A DNA stretch of 64,000 nt, taken from positions 3,563-67,562 of the IMG/VR virus record IMGVR_UViG_3300048588_000891, one strand, 5' to 3'. The notes beneath the pieces are model-generated. The model was not told the origin of the DNA and did no database searches. It worked only from the letters and a program-made list of their open reading frames with translations. A program made the translations under genes and the position numbers. Below, piece after piece: positions 48,029 through 57,752 of the stretch; the stretch's first letter is position 1; each line of letters starts with the position of its first letter. The stretch is from a virus.

Positions 48029-48637
48029 ATGAAAAATCGCTTTCTGAAACAGCTTGCGGCTATCTCGCTTGTTATGTTCATTCCTGCCTGCGGCCAGGCA
48101 CCATCAACCGACTCTTCCTTGAAGTGGGAACTATACGACGTCTCGGCAAAGGGGTATCCCTACTCGCTGATCAACAAGGTCGATAACCGGGAAATAAAGG
48201 TCTACATCGAAGGTGAGGAGAGCCTTCTGCGCACCCATATCACCGAATCGATTCAAATGTGGACCGACCCCCTTCCGGTATCGGTCAAGGTGAGCTTTGT
48301 GGAGAGTCGGTTCGAGGCTGACTTGGCCGTCCTGATCATCCCGAAAATTACAGGAAAGCGCGAATGGACGACAATTGGCCTATATGATATCCCCGAGATC
48401 ACGCTGTACCAGGGGCACAAGCGCACCGTACTGCTGCATGAGATGGGGCATGCCTTTGGACTCAAGGACACCTATGTCGTTTACAAGGACCCCGTGACCG
48501 GGGCAGAAACTGCGGTGTGTGATCTCGAAGGTCCCCAACCCCAAAGCATCATGTGCCTGGGTGGAAATGGTCAATATCAGCTATACCCCGATGACAAGGC
48601 TGGTATCCAGCAGCTCTACGCGAATCGAAAGAGGTGA
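48029..48637 (+). CDS. Matrixin/metzincin-like metalloprotease lipoprotein
   Basis: Lipobox IPAC; HEMGHAFGLKD; Met-turn SIM; DDKAGIQQLY. Confidence 0.9.
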   Translation: MKNRFLKQLAAISLVMFIPACGQAPSTDSSLKWELYDVSAKGYPYSLINKVDNREIKVYIEGEESLLRTHITESIQMWTDPLPVSVKVSFVESRFEADLAVLIIPKITGKREWTTIGLYDIPEITLYQGHKRTVLLHEMGHAFGLKDTYVVYKDPVTGAETAVCDLEGPQPQSIMCLGGNGQYQLYPDDKAGIQQLYANRKR

Positions 48638-49137
48638 AATTCATGAGAACCATTGCTCTGTGCTGCTTTCCGCTGGGATTCCTACTGAACGCCTGCGTCA
48701 CCTCGCCACAATCAGGTCAATCTGAACCTGATGAATTCAAAGTCACGGTGGGAGCTCCATTCGCGGAATCAAAGTCCCTGCAGTGGGAGCAGGGAGCCCT
48801 GGTTCTTAGGACCTTTCCTGCCAGCGACGATCCAGATGGCAGGAAGACGGAAACAGCCCTGGTCCCACGCAAGGATCAATGGGCAAAGTTCTGGGCTGAC
48901 ATGGATACGCAGGATTTATGGCGATGGGAGGAGAATTACCAACGACGCGAGGGCGAGACCCACCAGACAGATGCACCAGTTTGGTTTGTAACAATCCGCC
49001 GTGGAACCCGGGCGACTCAGGCCAGAGGCCAGGAAATATTCATCGATCGGAAGCACCTTGGCGAAAGTGCATCTTATAGGTCATTTTGCGATTCAGTTGC
49101 GAATCTGATTGGCACAGATTTCTGCTTTCGTTATTGA
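48634..49137 (+). CDS. Lipoprotein, unknown function
   Basis: Lipobox LNAC. Confidence 0.7.
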   Translation: MKFMRTIALCCFPLGFLLNACVTSPQSGQSEPDEFKVTVGAPFAESKSLQWEQGALVLRTFPASDDPDGRKTETALVPRKDQWAKFWADMDTQDLWRWEENYQRREGETHQTDAPVWFVTIRRGTRATQARGQEIFIDRKHLGESASYRSFCDSVANLIGTDFCFRY

Positions 49138-49157
49138 GATCATCGAAGGGAAGACCC

Positions 49158-49649
49158 ATGCGTAAGGAAATTCTGATTCTATCGTTGATTTTTGTCGCAG
49201 GCCAGTCCTGCTCGGACAAAAGTTCCCCAACCCAGCAGGAGCTTCAAAAAGAAACAAGGTTTACTGCCTCAAGAGAATATGTTCATTTCATGTTTATGGC
49301 AGTTCCACCCAGCGGTAGATTCCCCATGTACTCACCTACGCTTTGTTTGAAAGCAGCTGGTCAGATCAAAGAATCGGATATCGAAATATTGAAATTTGAA
49401 TGCATTGACTCGGAGAATCCCAGCTTGAGTGCTGACATTACTTGGCGAGGAGACAAGTTTATGGAGCAGGGCCAGGATAGCGAGATATGCTTTTCAACCG
49501 ATTTTAATCATGTGGACCATTTTAAAGGGGTTCCAGAGAAATTTAAGATATTTATCGAATTTGTTGACAAGTCAGTCGGCGAGAAGTTTCATTTTGTAAG
49601 CGAGTCGACATATTCCAAGAGTGATTTTGACCTCAACAAGAAACCCTAG
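49158..49649 (+). CDS. Lipoprotein, unknown function
   Basis: Signal peptide with GQSC. Confidence 0.65.
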   Translation: MRKEILILSLIFVAGQSCSDKSSPTQQELQKETRFTASREYVHFMFMAVPPSGRFPMYSPTLCLKAAGQIKESDIEILKFECIDSENPSLSADITWRGDKFMEQGQDSEICFSTDFNHVDHFKGVPEKFKIFIEFVDKSVGEKFHFVSESTYSKSDFDLNKKP

Positions 49650-49777
49650 TTTATGAGTGAGGAGCGTTCAGCGGTGACGCTCTATTATACGAAGATCCGA
49701 CCACGGGGGAGCAGCTTGCTTGTACCCCGGACGGCAAACTGTACCTTGGTTTTCAATCAACACACTAAGGATCTGTT

Positions 49778-50386
49778 ATGAACTTCAAGAAATTTTGCTT
49801 CGCTACTCTATGTGTAGTTCCGCTGTCGTGTGGAAAGAAGGATGACAATTCAAAGTCTGACGAAGGTCCAAAGAATCCGGCTCCCATAGCTGCGATGCCT
49901 GTAGGCTTGAGATCTCAGCTGGAGGACCAAAGCCTCTTCGGTATTTGGACAGGAAAATGTGAAGTAACGGATGGCAAATCACATCGGATAAGCCTCGAAT
50001 TTGGGGCGGATTTCCTGATTTACACCAATGCGTGGTATCAGGATCTTTTGTGCCGGACAGAAACGTCGAGTTTCCGATTTATCAGCGAATACCGGACTGA
50101 GAATGGAAAGCTATACGCCCAGCTTGCCGAAGCACATATCAAGATTGAGAGTGAATCAATTAGAGTCGCTGCCGAGAAATCAGCGTCATGTGGCTTTGAT
50201 CAGTGGTCTGCGAGCACTTGGCATAATGTCACAGGCCAATCTTGTCCAAAGACCGAAAAAACTGGTGGAGTATGGACCAGCTGGACCAAGCCTGGGAAAG
50301 TGATACTTAATCAATCATACGAAATTTTGAATGACAGGCTGACATTCGTCTCTGCGGACTCCGGGATGGAATTCAGCAAAAAATGA
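49778..50386 (+). CDS. Lipoprotein, beta-rich (lipocalin-like)
   Basis: Lipobox PLSC; LFGIWTGKC. Confidence 0.7.
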   Translation: MNFKKFCFATLCVVPLSCGKKDDNSKSDEGPKNPAPIAAMPVGLRSQLEDQSLFGIWTGKCEVTDGKSHRISLEFGADFLIYTNAWYQDLLCRTETSSFRFISEYRTENGKLYAQLAEAHIKIESESIRVAAEKSASCGFDQWSASTWHNVTGQSCPKTEKTGGVWTSWTKPGKVILNQSYEILNDRLTFVSADSGMEFSKK

Positions 50387-50445
50387 AGCACTCGATTGGG
50401 GTTGAAAGCTCATGTTCCTTTCTGTAACAATTTAAGGAGTCTACT

Positions 50446-51324
50446 TTGAATCAGATGATTACGGCTTTCATGACGTTATCGTTTTTATCAGCATGTGGAA
50501 AGGGAGATGGCGATGGTGACCCGCTGCCAGGCCCTGGGAATGCTGTCCTTGGCCTGCGGTCAAGCGATTGCGGAGAACACGTCTGGGAAAAAGACTTCAG
50601 GTTCAGTGTGGCCCGACCTGTTAAATATAGCGAATATGAAGAACATATATGGGACAAGAGGATTGCCAGCATTTCCTCGATAAACGGCAATGGCAGAAGC
50701 ACCAATACATCGAATTATTCAGAGGATCCTCGCTGTAGAAGCCTCGAGCGAATGCTTTCAGCAGGTGTGGGCAAGTGGGAATCCGATATCCCTTTCGTGA
50801 TTTATGCTGGTTCAGCTACTCGTCCTCGTATTGCGATAGAAAAAGACGGGCTTTTTCTGTATTCATTCGACCTTAAAATAGAGTCCAATGAAAAGCTTCC
50901 GACCAAGCTTGAAGGCTTTGACCCGGATGTTCTGTCGGGCCTCAAAAGCCAGGAGGTCAAGGAACTTGTTGCAACTCTCGGAGTCAGCCTTGCTCCAACA
51001 GGCAGCGACTTTTCCCGAGGACCGGAGTCCAAACCGGTCCAAATAAACTGCAAAAAGCCGTTTTCCTATAGGATCTACTTTTCTGAAAGCCGCAGCGTAA
51101 ACGACACCTGCCGTAAACGTGAAGGATCGGACCAATATGAATGCGTCCAGGCCGAAATCGCACCTACGGGGGATCAGTGCGTATTCAAAGCAAATGATTT
51201 TGAACTGCTGAACGAGAAGGGGCAGACCATAAAAGTTGATCTGGGAGGCTACCTTGGGCTTACTACCAGGAAGGACGGCAGTCCTGGGTATAGTCTCTCG
51301 ATATCAAGCGTGAGTTTGAAATAG
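50446..51324 (+). CDS. Lipoprotein, unknown function
   Basis: AAGGAG RBS with TTG start; lipobox LSAC. Confidence 0.72.
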   Translation: MNQMITAFMTLSFLSACGKGDGDGDPLPGPGNAVLGLRSSDCGEHVWEKDFRFSVARPVKYSEYEEHIWDKRIASISSINGNGRSTNTSNYSEDPRCRSLERMLSAGVGKWESDIPFVIYAGSATRPRIAIEKDGLFLYSFDLKIESNEKLPTKLEGFDPDVLSGLKSQEVKELVATLGVSLAPTGSDFSRGPESKPVQINCKKPFSYRIYFSESRSVNDTCRKREGSDQYECVQAEIAPTGDQCVFKANDFELLNEKGQTIKVDLGGYLGLTTRKDGSPGYSLSISSVSLK

Positions 51325-51337
51325 GAACGATACCGAT

Positions 51338-51742
51338 ATGCGCTTGGTGACACCCCAACCCTTGCAGGGAGCCCTGGATATGGAACTACATATTAATCGA
51401 GATAGTGTGGCGGCAGGCGATGATGCAGACCCGCACAACAAAATCCTGGAGTTTATTGGTGATCCTTCGCTCAAGGAAGCAGTAAAAAGAATCGTTTCAT
51501 CAGATTATCTTCCACGAGTGCATGACCGAAAAGTCTGCTGGGTCGTATCGTCAGACAGGCCAATCGCTATTATTGCAGAGCACTGGCACGAGCCGAAATT
51601 TCTTCGTGGCTTTAATAGCAACGATAAATTAAGTCGCCTCGCGAGGAATGAGATTATGAAATGGCACTTCAGCTACGTGATCCAGAATGATCCGGATGTT
51701 GTTTACGAAATACTTAACCGCATCAGATACCCTGGCCACTGA
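51338..51742 (+). CDS. Hypothetical protein
   Basis: RDSVAAGDDADPH...YLP pattern; last cargo gene. Confidence 0.6.
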   Translation: MRLVTPQPLQGALDMELHINRDSVAAGDDADPHNKILEFIGDPSLKEAVKRIVSSDYLPRVHDRKVCWVVSSDRPIAIIAEHWHEPKFLRGFNSNDKLSRLARNEIMKWHFSYVIQNDPDVVYEILNRIRYPGH

Positions 51743-51981
51743 TTTTCGCTCGTCTTAAAACAAGCCGCCACTATCATGTCCGATTTTGGTGTTGTCGTTA
51801 TCGTTTAATCCATGTTTTAATGCCAACGCAGGATCCTGCGTGTTTACGTGCCGGGGTCTCTGGTCAGAACTCAAGCTCCAAGCGTGTTTATGGCTTTTGA
51901 CTTCCTTAACCGCTTGCTGGTCAGTTGTTTTGGAGTGGTGGTCGCTTAAATCTCTTTACAGTCATGTATTACATGGCTTTT

Positions 51982-52024
51982 GGGTCCTTCCGGCACCCCT
52001 ACCTCCCATGGTTGACGATCAACC
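51982..52024 (+). other. Candidate lambda-type cos region
   Basis: GGGTCCT (identical to lambda cosQ) followed by dyad GGTTGA-CGA-TCAACC, about 140-180 bp upstream of the small terminase. Confidence 0.6.
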
Positions 52025-52162
52025 GCCCCCGTTTTAGCGATACTATGACATGGCACTGCATGCACTGCAGGGCCGGCTGAAAATAGAGCTGCAGTTTTTT
52101 GGCAGAGAATACGATTAACCCCGCAAAATAATCGTAAAATTCTCCGGAAAACGAGGCTCCGA

Positions 52163-52771
52163 TTGAAGAAAGAAAGAAAAGCGGTCGGCATCACCGAGCT
52201 GATTGAAATTCTCGGGGTGAAACACCAGACCATCTACGAAGCGATCAAGAACGGTCGCCTTTCCCGCTGCATTATCGGCAAGGATCGCCAGCGAAAATTT
52301 GAAATTTACACCGCCTGCATCGAGTGGGATCTCGGCCGCGAGCACAGCCAGATGCGCAGTGCCGAGGAACTTGAGCAGGCGCTTGACTCCTCGAATCCTG
52401 CGAATTCCTATCCGCCACTCTCCGAAAGCCGCCAGGTCAAGGAATACTATGAGGCGCTGAACGAGCGCGTCCTCCTCTTAAAGCAAACGGAAAGCCTCGT
52501 GGACCTTGTCACCGTTGAAACAGAAGTATTTAACCTGGCCCGGCAAACCCGGGATCGCCTTCTCGAAATCCCCGAAAAAATGCGCTTCAAGCTCCTATCC
52601 GTTGGGCTCAGCGATCAGTCGTCTGATGAAATCGTGAAAAAGACAGGGCAGATGATCCAGGATGTTCTCCTGGAGATCTCAGAGTTCGATTTCTCATCCT
52701 TAAAAAAGCAAAAGAAGCGTGCATTCGGCGAGGATGAAGGAGGCGATCATGAAGATTCTGCCCCGGCTTGA
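52163..52771 (+). CDS. Terminase small subunit (Nu1-like)
   Basis: N-terminal HTH ELIEILGVKHQTIYEAIKNGRL; LVDL...ARQTRDRLLEIP. Confidence 0.85.
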   Translation: MKKERKAVGITELIEILGVKHQTIYEAIKNGRLSRCIIGKDRQRKFEIYTACIEWDLGREHSQMRSAEELEQALDSSNPANSYPPLSESRQVKEYYEALNERVLLLKQTESLVDLVTVETEVFNLARQTRDRLLEIPEKMRFKLLSVGLSDQSSDEIVKKTGQMIQDVLLEISEFDFSSLKKQKKRAFGEDEGGDHEDSAPA

Positions 52772-54608
52772 GATAGAGGATTGTCTCGGCTCGTCCATAC
52801 CTTCTTTCAAGGCCGGGATTCGTCCCGTGCTGAAGGTCGGGATCAAGGAGTATTGCGAAAAAAACTTCATCCTTCCCGAGGGCACTCCGCGGCCGGGACC
52901 GATCAGCTTTGAAGATACCTGGTACATGATCGACATTCTGCGTGACCTTGAGGACGACAGCGGGGTCGAGGAGGTCAGGATTCGAAAAGGAAGGCAGCTT
53001 GGTCTTACCATCCTATCAACCGCATGGATGCTCTGGGGTGCAGCGGTGTCACCCGCAGCCGCAATGGTGGTATTTCCAACCCGGGATTCAAAGCAGAAGT
53101 TTTCGAAGCAAAAGCTGGCGCCCATTCTGCGCCGCTGCAAGGATCTCATTGGAAAGATCGGCGAAGCCAAACAGAAGGAAAAGGACACGCTCGACATCAA
53201 GACTTTCCCCGGCGGTTTTATTAATATCGCATCAGCCAAGTCGTCATCGGAACTGAGGTCGCAGTCCGTGCGCCGCCTTGTGCTTGATGAGCAGTCAGCC
53301 TACGATGCCGACTGTCAGGGAGAGGGTGATCCGTCCGCCATCGCTCTTGGCTGTACTTCGACTTTCCAGAAAACCCGCAAGATACTTCGGCTCAGTACGC
53401 CCACCATCAAAGGCGTCTGTCCCATTACCCGGGATGTCGAGGACACGCAGAAATTCAGGTACCACGTTCCCTGCAGAGGCTGTGGCGAATTCGTAACGAT
53501 CGAATGGGAGCGGATGCGCGGGCCGCATGAGACGGCCAGCGGTGAATGCGAATGGCAGGCCCCATGCTGCGGCCATGCCCACAGAAACATCGAAAAAGTC
53601 TGGCTGATCAGAAATGGAAAGTGGATTGCCACGGCCGAGGACAGGACCAGAGGCCGGGTGAAGGGGTACATTCTGAGCGCCCTTTACGCTGCCCCTCAGT
53701 TCTTTTCCTGGGATGATGCATGGAACCTCTGGGTGGAGGCACAGAAGGATCTTCAGAAAATGAAGGCGTTTCATAACAACGTCCTCGCCGAGGCCTGGGA
53801 GGATCCTGCTGACTCAATCGACATTGGTGGAGTTGAAAAACTGCTGGACGACTCGCCAGAAGAGCCGCTCAATCCTGGCATCTATCTGATCACGGCCGGC
53901 ATCGATGTTCACCCCTCACATCTTGATTATGTGGTCCGAGGGTGGGGCAGAGGCCAGGAAAGCTGGGTCATCGACTATGGCGTTATCAGCGGCGATGCGG
54001 ATCAGAAGGAAACCTGGGATCGACTGATGCGCCGGCTGGAGCGGCGATGGAAACACCCGCTTGGGTTCGACCTTGATGTGGCGGCCGCATGTTTTGATAC
54101 TGGTGGCCATAATACTCAAAGCGTCCACGATAACGTAGGTCCTCTCTTCCATAGGAACTTCATTTGCATTAAGGGCATGCCAGGAGACGCAACGCCGGTT
54201 ATCGGCCGTCAGACCTTAAATAATGAGTTTGGTGTGCGCGTCTATCCGGTCGGCAGCAACACCACGAAGGCCAGGGTATTCGCAGGTCTTTCCCAATCCA
54301 TCAGCCGCATGAGGCAATTTGAAGAGGGAAAAATCGCGTCTCCGTTTGGACCTGGTTTCTGCCATTTCCCGAAGAGGCTATGGGAGGACAAGGAAACAAG
54401 GCATTTTTTCACTCAGCTCATCGCTCCCAGGGCTCGCCACAAGGCCGTCAATGGCGAGTGGCGTACTGTTTACGAAACGACTCCAGGTACGCCGGACCAT
54501 GCGTTCGATTGCTACCGCTACGCACTCGCTGCTTTTTATTGGCTCGGAACCGATATCGATCAATTTGCAGATATGGTCGAGAAGGAGGCGATTCGTGCAA
54601 ACTCTTAA
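52749..54608 (+). CDS. Terminase large subunit (lambda gpA family)
   Basis: KGRQLGLT, LVLDE, EGDP, STPT, VPCRGCG, TAGIDV, DTGG, DHAFDCYRYA. Confidence 0.95.
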   Translation: MKILPRLEIEDCLGSSIPSFKAGIRPVLKVGIKEYCEKNFILPEGTPRPGPISFEDTWYMIDILRDLEDDSGVEEVRIRKGRQLGLTILSTAWMLWGAAVSPAAAMVVFPTRDSKQKFSKQKLAPILRRCKDLIGKIGEAKQKEKDTLDIKTFPGGFINIASAKSSSELRSQSVRRLVLDEQSAYDADCQGEGDPSAIALGCTSTFQKTRKILRLSTPTIKGVCPITRDVEDTQKFRYHVPCRGCGEFVTIEWERMRGPHETASGECEWQAPCCGHAHRNIEKVWLIRNGKWIATAEDRTRGRVKGYILSALYAAPQFFSWDDAWNLWVEAQKDLQKMKAFHNNVLAEAWEDPADSIDIGGVEKLLDDSPEEPLNPGIYLITAGIDVHPSHLDYVVRGWGRGQESWVIDYGVISGDADQKETWDRLMRRLERRWKHPLGFDLDVAAACFDTGGHNTQSVHDNVGPLFHRNFICIKGMPGDATPVIGRQTLNNEFGVRVYPVGSNTTKARVFAGLSQSISRMRQFEEGKIASPFGPGFCHFPKRLWEDKETRHFFTQLIAPRARHKAVNGEWRTVYETTPGTPDHAFDCYRYALAAFYWLGTDIDQFADMVEKEAIRANS

Positions 54609-54804
54609 GCAGCAGTTGGATTCCGTTCAGAGGGCAATCGCCGCGATTGAAGGTGGCGGGCAGGAGGTGGATATCGAAGTGAACCAGAACCGGCGGCGCG
54701 TGACCCGCGCAGACCTGCGTGAGCTGTACCGCCGCGAAGCGCAGCTAAAAACCGCCATTGCAAGGCAGAATGGGGAAGGAGTCTTTTATGTCATCCCTCG
54801 TTAA
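54595..54804 (+). CDS. gpW-like head-tail joining protein
   Basis: AIAAIEGGGQEV...RRVTRADLREL; between terminase and portal. Confidence 0.85.
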   Translation: MQTLKQQLDSVQRAIAAIEGGGQEVDIEVNQNRRRVTRADLRELYRREAQLKTAIARQNGEGVFYVIPR

Positions 54805-56305
54805 CAGAAGGCGCGTGGCACGATCATATCGCGGAATTCAAGCCGGAACCGAGTCTTCCCAGGTGGATACCCCTTACAGGTCGACGTCCAGCCGCAGCCC
54901 CGTTTCCCAGGAGTGGTTTGCATCCTCCGCAGACGCCGATGAAGCCCTGCTGCCCGCCCTTGCCACCCTTCGGAACCAGGCGCGAGACCTGGATCGCAAT
55001 GAGTCCCTGGCGCGCGGCGCGGTCGAGGCTCATACCAGAAATGTGGTCGCCGCCGGGCTCAGGCCGCAGGCGCGAGTCGACCACGAGCTGATCGGAATCT
55101 CCGAGGCAAAGGCGCGGGAATTTGAAAGGCGCGCCGAGAAGCTCTTCGAGCTTCACATGCAGAAAAACACCGCCGACTTTCACGGCATCGTCAGCTTTCA
55201 TGAGATCCAGTCTCAGGTCTTTCGCGCGGCGCTTCTGGACGGGGACTGCCTCATCGTACGCAGATATCGTGATCGACCTCTGGCCATCTTGCCTACATGC
55301 CTTCAGGTGATCGACGGGTCCAGGCTTCAGAATCCTGCGATTCTCAAGAGTCCGGCGCAGGACATTCGCGAGGGGGTGGAGCTCGATTCAAGCGGAATGC
55401 CTGTCGCATACCACATAGCGAAGGCTGACCAGCGCTTCCGGCTGGGATCCGATACGGTCCGCGCCCCCCGCTTTGATGCCGAAGGCATGCCGGCTGTCCT
55501 CCACGTCTATGTCCAACGCCTGCCCGGGCAGAGTCGCGGCGAGCCGCTGCTCGCTCCCGTCATCGAGAAATTCAAGCAGATCAGCCGTTACACCGAGGCT
55601 GAGATTATGGCTGCCGTGATCAGCGCTTTTTACGCCACATTCATCACAAGCGAGATGGGTGGGATCATCGGACGTCAGAACCAGGCCCTGCCGGAGTCGA
55701 TGCGCCCTGAACCCGATCGCAAGGCTGTCAAATTCGGGCCTGGAATGCTCGTACCTCTACTGCCAGGGGAAAAGATATCCTCGCCGGCTCCCGGACGCCC
55801 AAACTCGAATTTTGAGGCTTTCTTCGATGCCATCGCGAGCCAGATCGGAATCGGGGTCGGTCTGCCGCCGGAAGTCCTGGCCCAAAAATTCCAGTCCTCG
55901 TACTCCGCAGCACGCGCAGCGCTTCTCGAGGCATGGAAGGTGTTCAAGATTGAGCGCAGCTGGTTCGTCAGTGCTTTCTGTCAGCCTGTCTGGGAATGGA
56001 TCCTGGTTGATGCCATCCGCGAAGGTCTCCTCGAGGCGCCAGGCTTCCAGGATCCACTGAAGCGCCAGGCATACCTGCAGGCCGAGTGGACTGGAACCGA
56101 AATGGAATCCATTGATCCCCTCAAAGAGGCGAAGGCGAGCGAAGTGGAGGTGCTGGCTGGCCTGCGCACACGCCGGTCAATTGTCGAAAGCCAGGGCAGG
56201 GATTTCGACAAGCATGTCCGCGAGTATGAGGCTGAAAAAAGGATTTTCAATGAGCCAGCGGAGGAGTCCTTTTCAAATCAAGAAGACGGGAGCATGGATA
56301 CTTGA
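54788..56305 (+). CDS. Lambda-family portal protein
   Basis: ARDLDRNE, GVELD..G.PVAYHI, RLPGQSRGEP, SSYSAARAALLE, IDPLKE. Confidence 0.96.
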   Translation: MSSLVNRRRVARSYRGIQAGTESSQVDTPYRSTSSRSPVSQEWFASSADADEALLPALATLRNQARDLDRNESLARGAVEAHTRNVVAAGLRPQARVDHELIGISEAKAREFERRAEKLFELHMQKNTADFHGIVSFHEIQSQVFRAALLDGDCLIVRRYRDRPLAILPTCLQVIDGSRLQNPAILKSPAQDIREGVELDSSGMPVAYHIAKADQRFRLGSDTVRAPRFDAEGMPAVLHVYVQRLPGQSRGEPLLAPVIEKFKQISRYTEAEIMAAVISAFYATFITSEMGGIIGRQNQALPESMRPEPDRKAVKFGPGMLVPLLPGEKISSPAPGRPNSNFEAFFDAIASQIGIGVGLPPEVLAQKFQSSYSAARAALLEAWKVFKIERSWFVSAFCQPVWEWILVDAIREGLLEAPGFQDPLKRQAYLQAEWTGTEMESIDPLKEAKASEVEVLAGLRTRRSIVESQGRDFDKHVREYEAEKRIFNEPAEESFSNQEDGSMDT

Positions 56306-56428
56306 AATGTCATATCTACATATCAGGCATAAAGAATTTTCGTTGCGGCTTTCACTAAGCTTTTGTTCAGACGCCGAGCCTGAGCTATATCGGTGACCAG
56401 AACTTTTGTGAACAAGGCAGGTGAAGGG

Positions 56429-56914
56429 ATGAAGAAAAGATATTGGGTTGTTGTGATCGTGTCAGGTGTTTTTGGAATCGCTCTGGCCATGGATAAAATT
56501 CGGTATGAAGAAAAGAACAAAACCAACGACCCATTGAGGCTCGTGCATCTGGTATTGAACGAAGAAGACGCCAGAGAAGATGCAGCGATCCTGATGGGTA
56601 CTCTGGATGTTCGATTCCGCCTCGATCCCTGGCATTTGACAAACAGCAGCGCGAGAGACCAGTTTTACTTTAAATCCAATGAAATCTTTGAACGATCGTT
56701 TAAGCAGGTTCCAGGCATTGAACGTGTTCGAATCATTGGCACTCTTGAATCAACTGACGTAATGGGGAACAAGAATCGAGGCGACGTAATTCGACTCGAG
56801 ATGACCAAAGCAACAGCGGAAGAGATAAACTGGAAAAACTTTAAGTCCAAAAATCTCCCGATAGTTGCAGATCGAAGTTGGAATCATCCTGCTTTGGGTC
56901 AGGACCAAGGCTAG
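56429..56914 (+). CDS. Exported hypothetical protein (moron)
   Basis: N-terminal TM/signal; inserted between portal and protease. Confidence 0.6.
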   Translation: MKKRYWVVVIVSGVFGIALAMDKIRYEEKNKTNDPLRLVHLVLNEEDAREDAAILMGTLDVRFRLDPWHLTNSSARDQFYFKSNEIFERSFKQVPGIERVRIIGTLESTDVMGNKNRGDVIRLEMTKATAEEINWKNFKSKNLPIVADRSWNHPALGQDQG

Positions 56915-56955
56915 AAAGTATATTTTCCAGCCGAAAGGGCCTGATCCTGGAGCCA

Positions 56956-57495
56956 TTATGGGTTTTGACTCTTTCTATACTCGCAGACTGTCCGAAACGA
57001 TGGTCCAGAGCCGTTGGTCGAGTGGAGATCGGACTCAAAGTGCAGCACGTCGTCTTTGAGAGCGATTGACAGGACTTCCTCGCCTGCTGTGGTGACCAGC
57101 TTATCCGAAGGCATGTACTGGCTGCTGAAAAAGAGTCGCGAAGTGAAAGTGCTTTTGTCTTCAGACCACTCCGAGTACCGTGTGATGTTTGAGAAGGTAC
57201 TCATGAAGTCAATGCTTCGAGTGGTATTTTCGCGCCCCAAACGAAATATCTGTGGGATAGGATAATCGAAATCATAGAGAGCAAGGTCAGTGCATCCATC
57301 CTGGAATATCTGAAGACGGGCGTTGTATGTTCGCGAGAGTGTCTCTTCGCATTGGCCTTCCCAAAGACCCTCCATGCGCGCGCAAACCCAAGGTGGAGCT
57401 GGATAAGACGTGCGGAGTAACTTTCCAGCTGGGGTCACTGCAAACGAATTGGATGAAGCGGACGCGAGCGCGAAAAGAATGAACGGTGTTTTCAT
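56956..57495 (-). CDS. Secreted hypothetical protein (moron, opposite strand)
   Basis: Signal peptide MKTPFILFALASASSNSFA. Confidence 0.65.
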   Translation of the reverse strand: MKTPFILFALASASSNSFAVTPAGKLLRTSYPAPPWVCARMEGLWEGQCEETLSRTYNARLQIFQDGCTDLALYDFDYPIPQIFRLGRENTTRSIDFMSTFSNITRYSEWSEDKSTFTSRLFFSSQYMPSDKLVTTAGEEVLSIALKDDVLHFESDLHSTNGSGPSFRTVCEYRKSQNP

Positions 57496-57663
57496 CAGAA
57501 GATTCCTTCAAGACGTGGTGGATTGTTCAATCTTATCCGATTTCCAATATTACTGTTACTGCTGACTGGGGCGCTGCAGGAACCTCTTGGAAGGAATGCA
57601 AAGTGGTTCTGTGGAGCGAATTCTAGCCAACCAGAAGAAGACGTCAACTAATTTCAAAGCCAG

Positions 57664-57688
57664 GGTGTTCGCAGTTTCTGCGAACACC
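57664..57688. promoter_or_regulatory. Palindrome copy 2, upstream of the head protease promoter
   Basis: GGTGTTCGCAGTTTCTGCGAACACC followed by TTCACT-N18-TATGAT. Confidence 0.65.
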
Positions 57689-57752
57689 TGAATCCTTCAC
57701 TCTGCAAGCGTTTGAACGCTATGATTGGGTCCAGTTAACTGCGGGGTTAATT

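Noticed and set aside
42418-51742. Integron cassette array
   Set aside because: No integron integrase, no repeated attC-like sites between genes, and several genes overlap.
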